A stretch of DNA of 32,000 nt from Clostridia bacterium (GTDB taxonomy: Bacteria > Bacillota > Clostridia > TANB77 > RGIG9151). A program made the position numbers and the translations under genes. Positions 31,970 to 32,000 of this stretch are shown here, one piece after another. The DNA lies in the NCBI GenBank assembly GCA_017450465.1, contig JAFSUW010000006.1, positions 3,117 through 35,116 of the forward strand, in the 5' to 3' direction. Within the stretch, counting starts at the first letter, position 1. Every line of letters starts with the position of its first letter. The notes beneath the pieces are model-generated. The model ran no database searches. It saw only the letters and a list, made by a program, of their open reading frames with translations, and had not been told where the DNA came from.

Positions 31970-32000
31970 TTATTCCTTTATCACGAGTATTCCTGTGCAA
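31970..32000 (-). CDS. 3' end of a gene truncated by the window edge; probably a fifth paralog (P5)
   Basis: My manual translation is ...CTGILVIKE*. This matches the family C-terminal strand (AVVIKAVG, VGVVVIKKS) and is followed by the family terminator cassette. Confidence 0.35.
   Translation of the reverse strand, partial: CTGILVIKE

Noticed and set aside
1-32000. Prophage or integrative element spanning the window
   Set aside because: I saw no integrase, recombinase, transposase, terminase, capsid, tail or conjugation genes and no tRNA attachment site. The foreign-composition segments are short, single-family insertions in an otherwise housekeeping, co-oriented backbone.

Overview
This is a low-GC, Clostridia-like Firmicute chromosomal segment. 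60-nt lines I counted in native genes are about 28% G+C. Every credible gene is on the minus strand. The housekeeping backbone is htpG, a CDF transporter, an aldose-1-epimerase-like gene, ung, pth, a degenerate UvrD-like P-loop protein, a SpoVB/MurJ-like flippase, mini-RNase III, rsmD and tcdA. The accessory content has five parts. (1) The best candidate for an undescribed system is at 27.96-32.0 kb: a tandem array of four, probably five, diverged paralogs of a ~215-aa cytoplasmic protein family that I cannot assign to any named domain. The copies surround tcdA, have foreign and mutually different base composition (about 50%, 50%, 38% and 45% G+C in counted lines), share a near-identical terminator hairpin, and are flanked by relics of further copies. 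(2) A membrane-stress-type cluster (3.4-9.2 kb) contains a YdjI-like SPFH protein, three Tim44-like paralogs, a YdjG-like double zinc-ribbon protein and a TPM-domain protein, with no pspA in the window. (3) A single 1265-aa polypeptide fuses SbcD (Mre11-type nuclease) to SbcC (Rad50-type ATPase) and has CX7C instead of a CxxC hook. (4) A ~50% G+C UMP-kinase (PyrH)-like xenolog lies next to an IS-end/MITE-like palindrome, and a third copy of that repeat unit sits 15 kb away. (5) There are several repeat-rich surface proteins, GC-rich palindromic intergenic elements and one unannotated 51-aa secreted peptide gene. I found no rRNA, tRNA, CRISPR array, integrase, transposase or phage structural genes.
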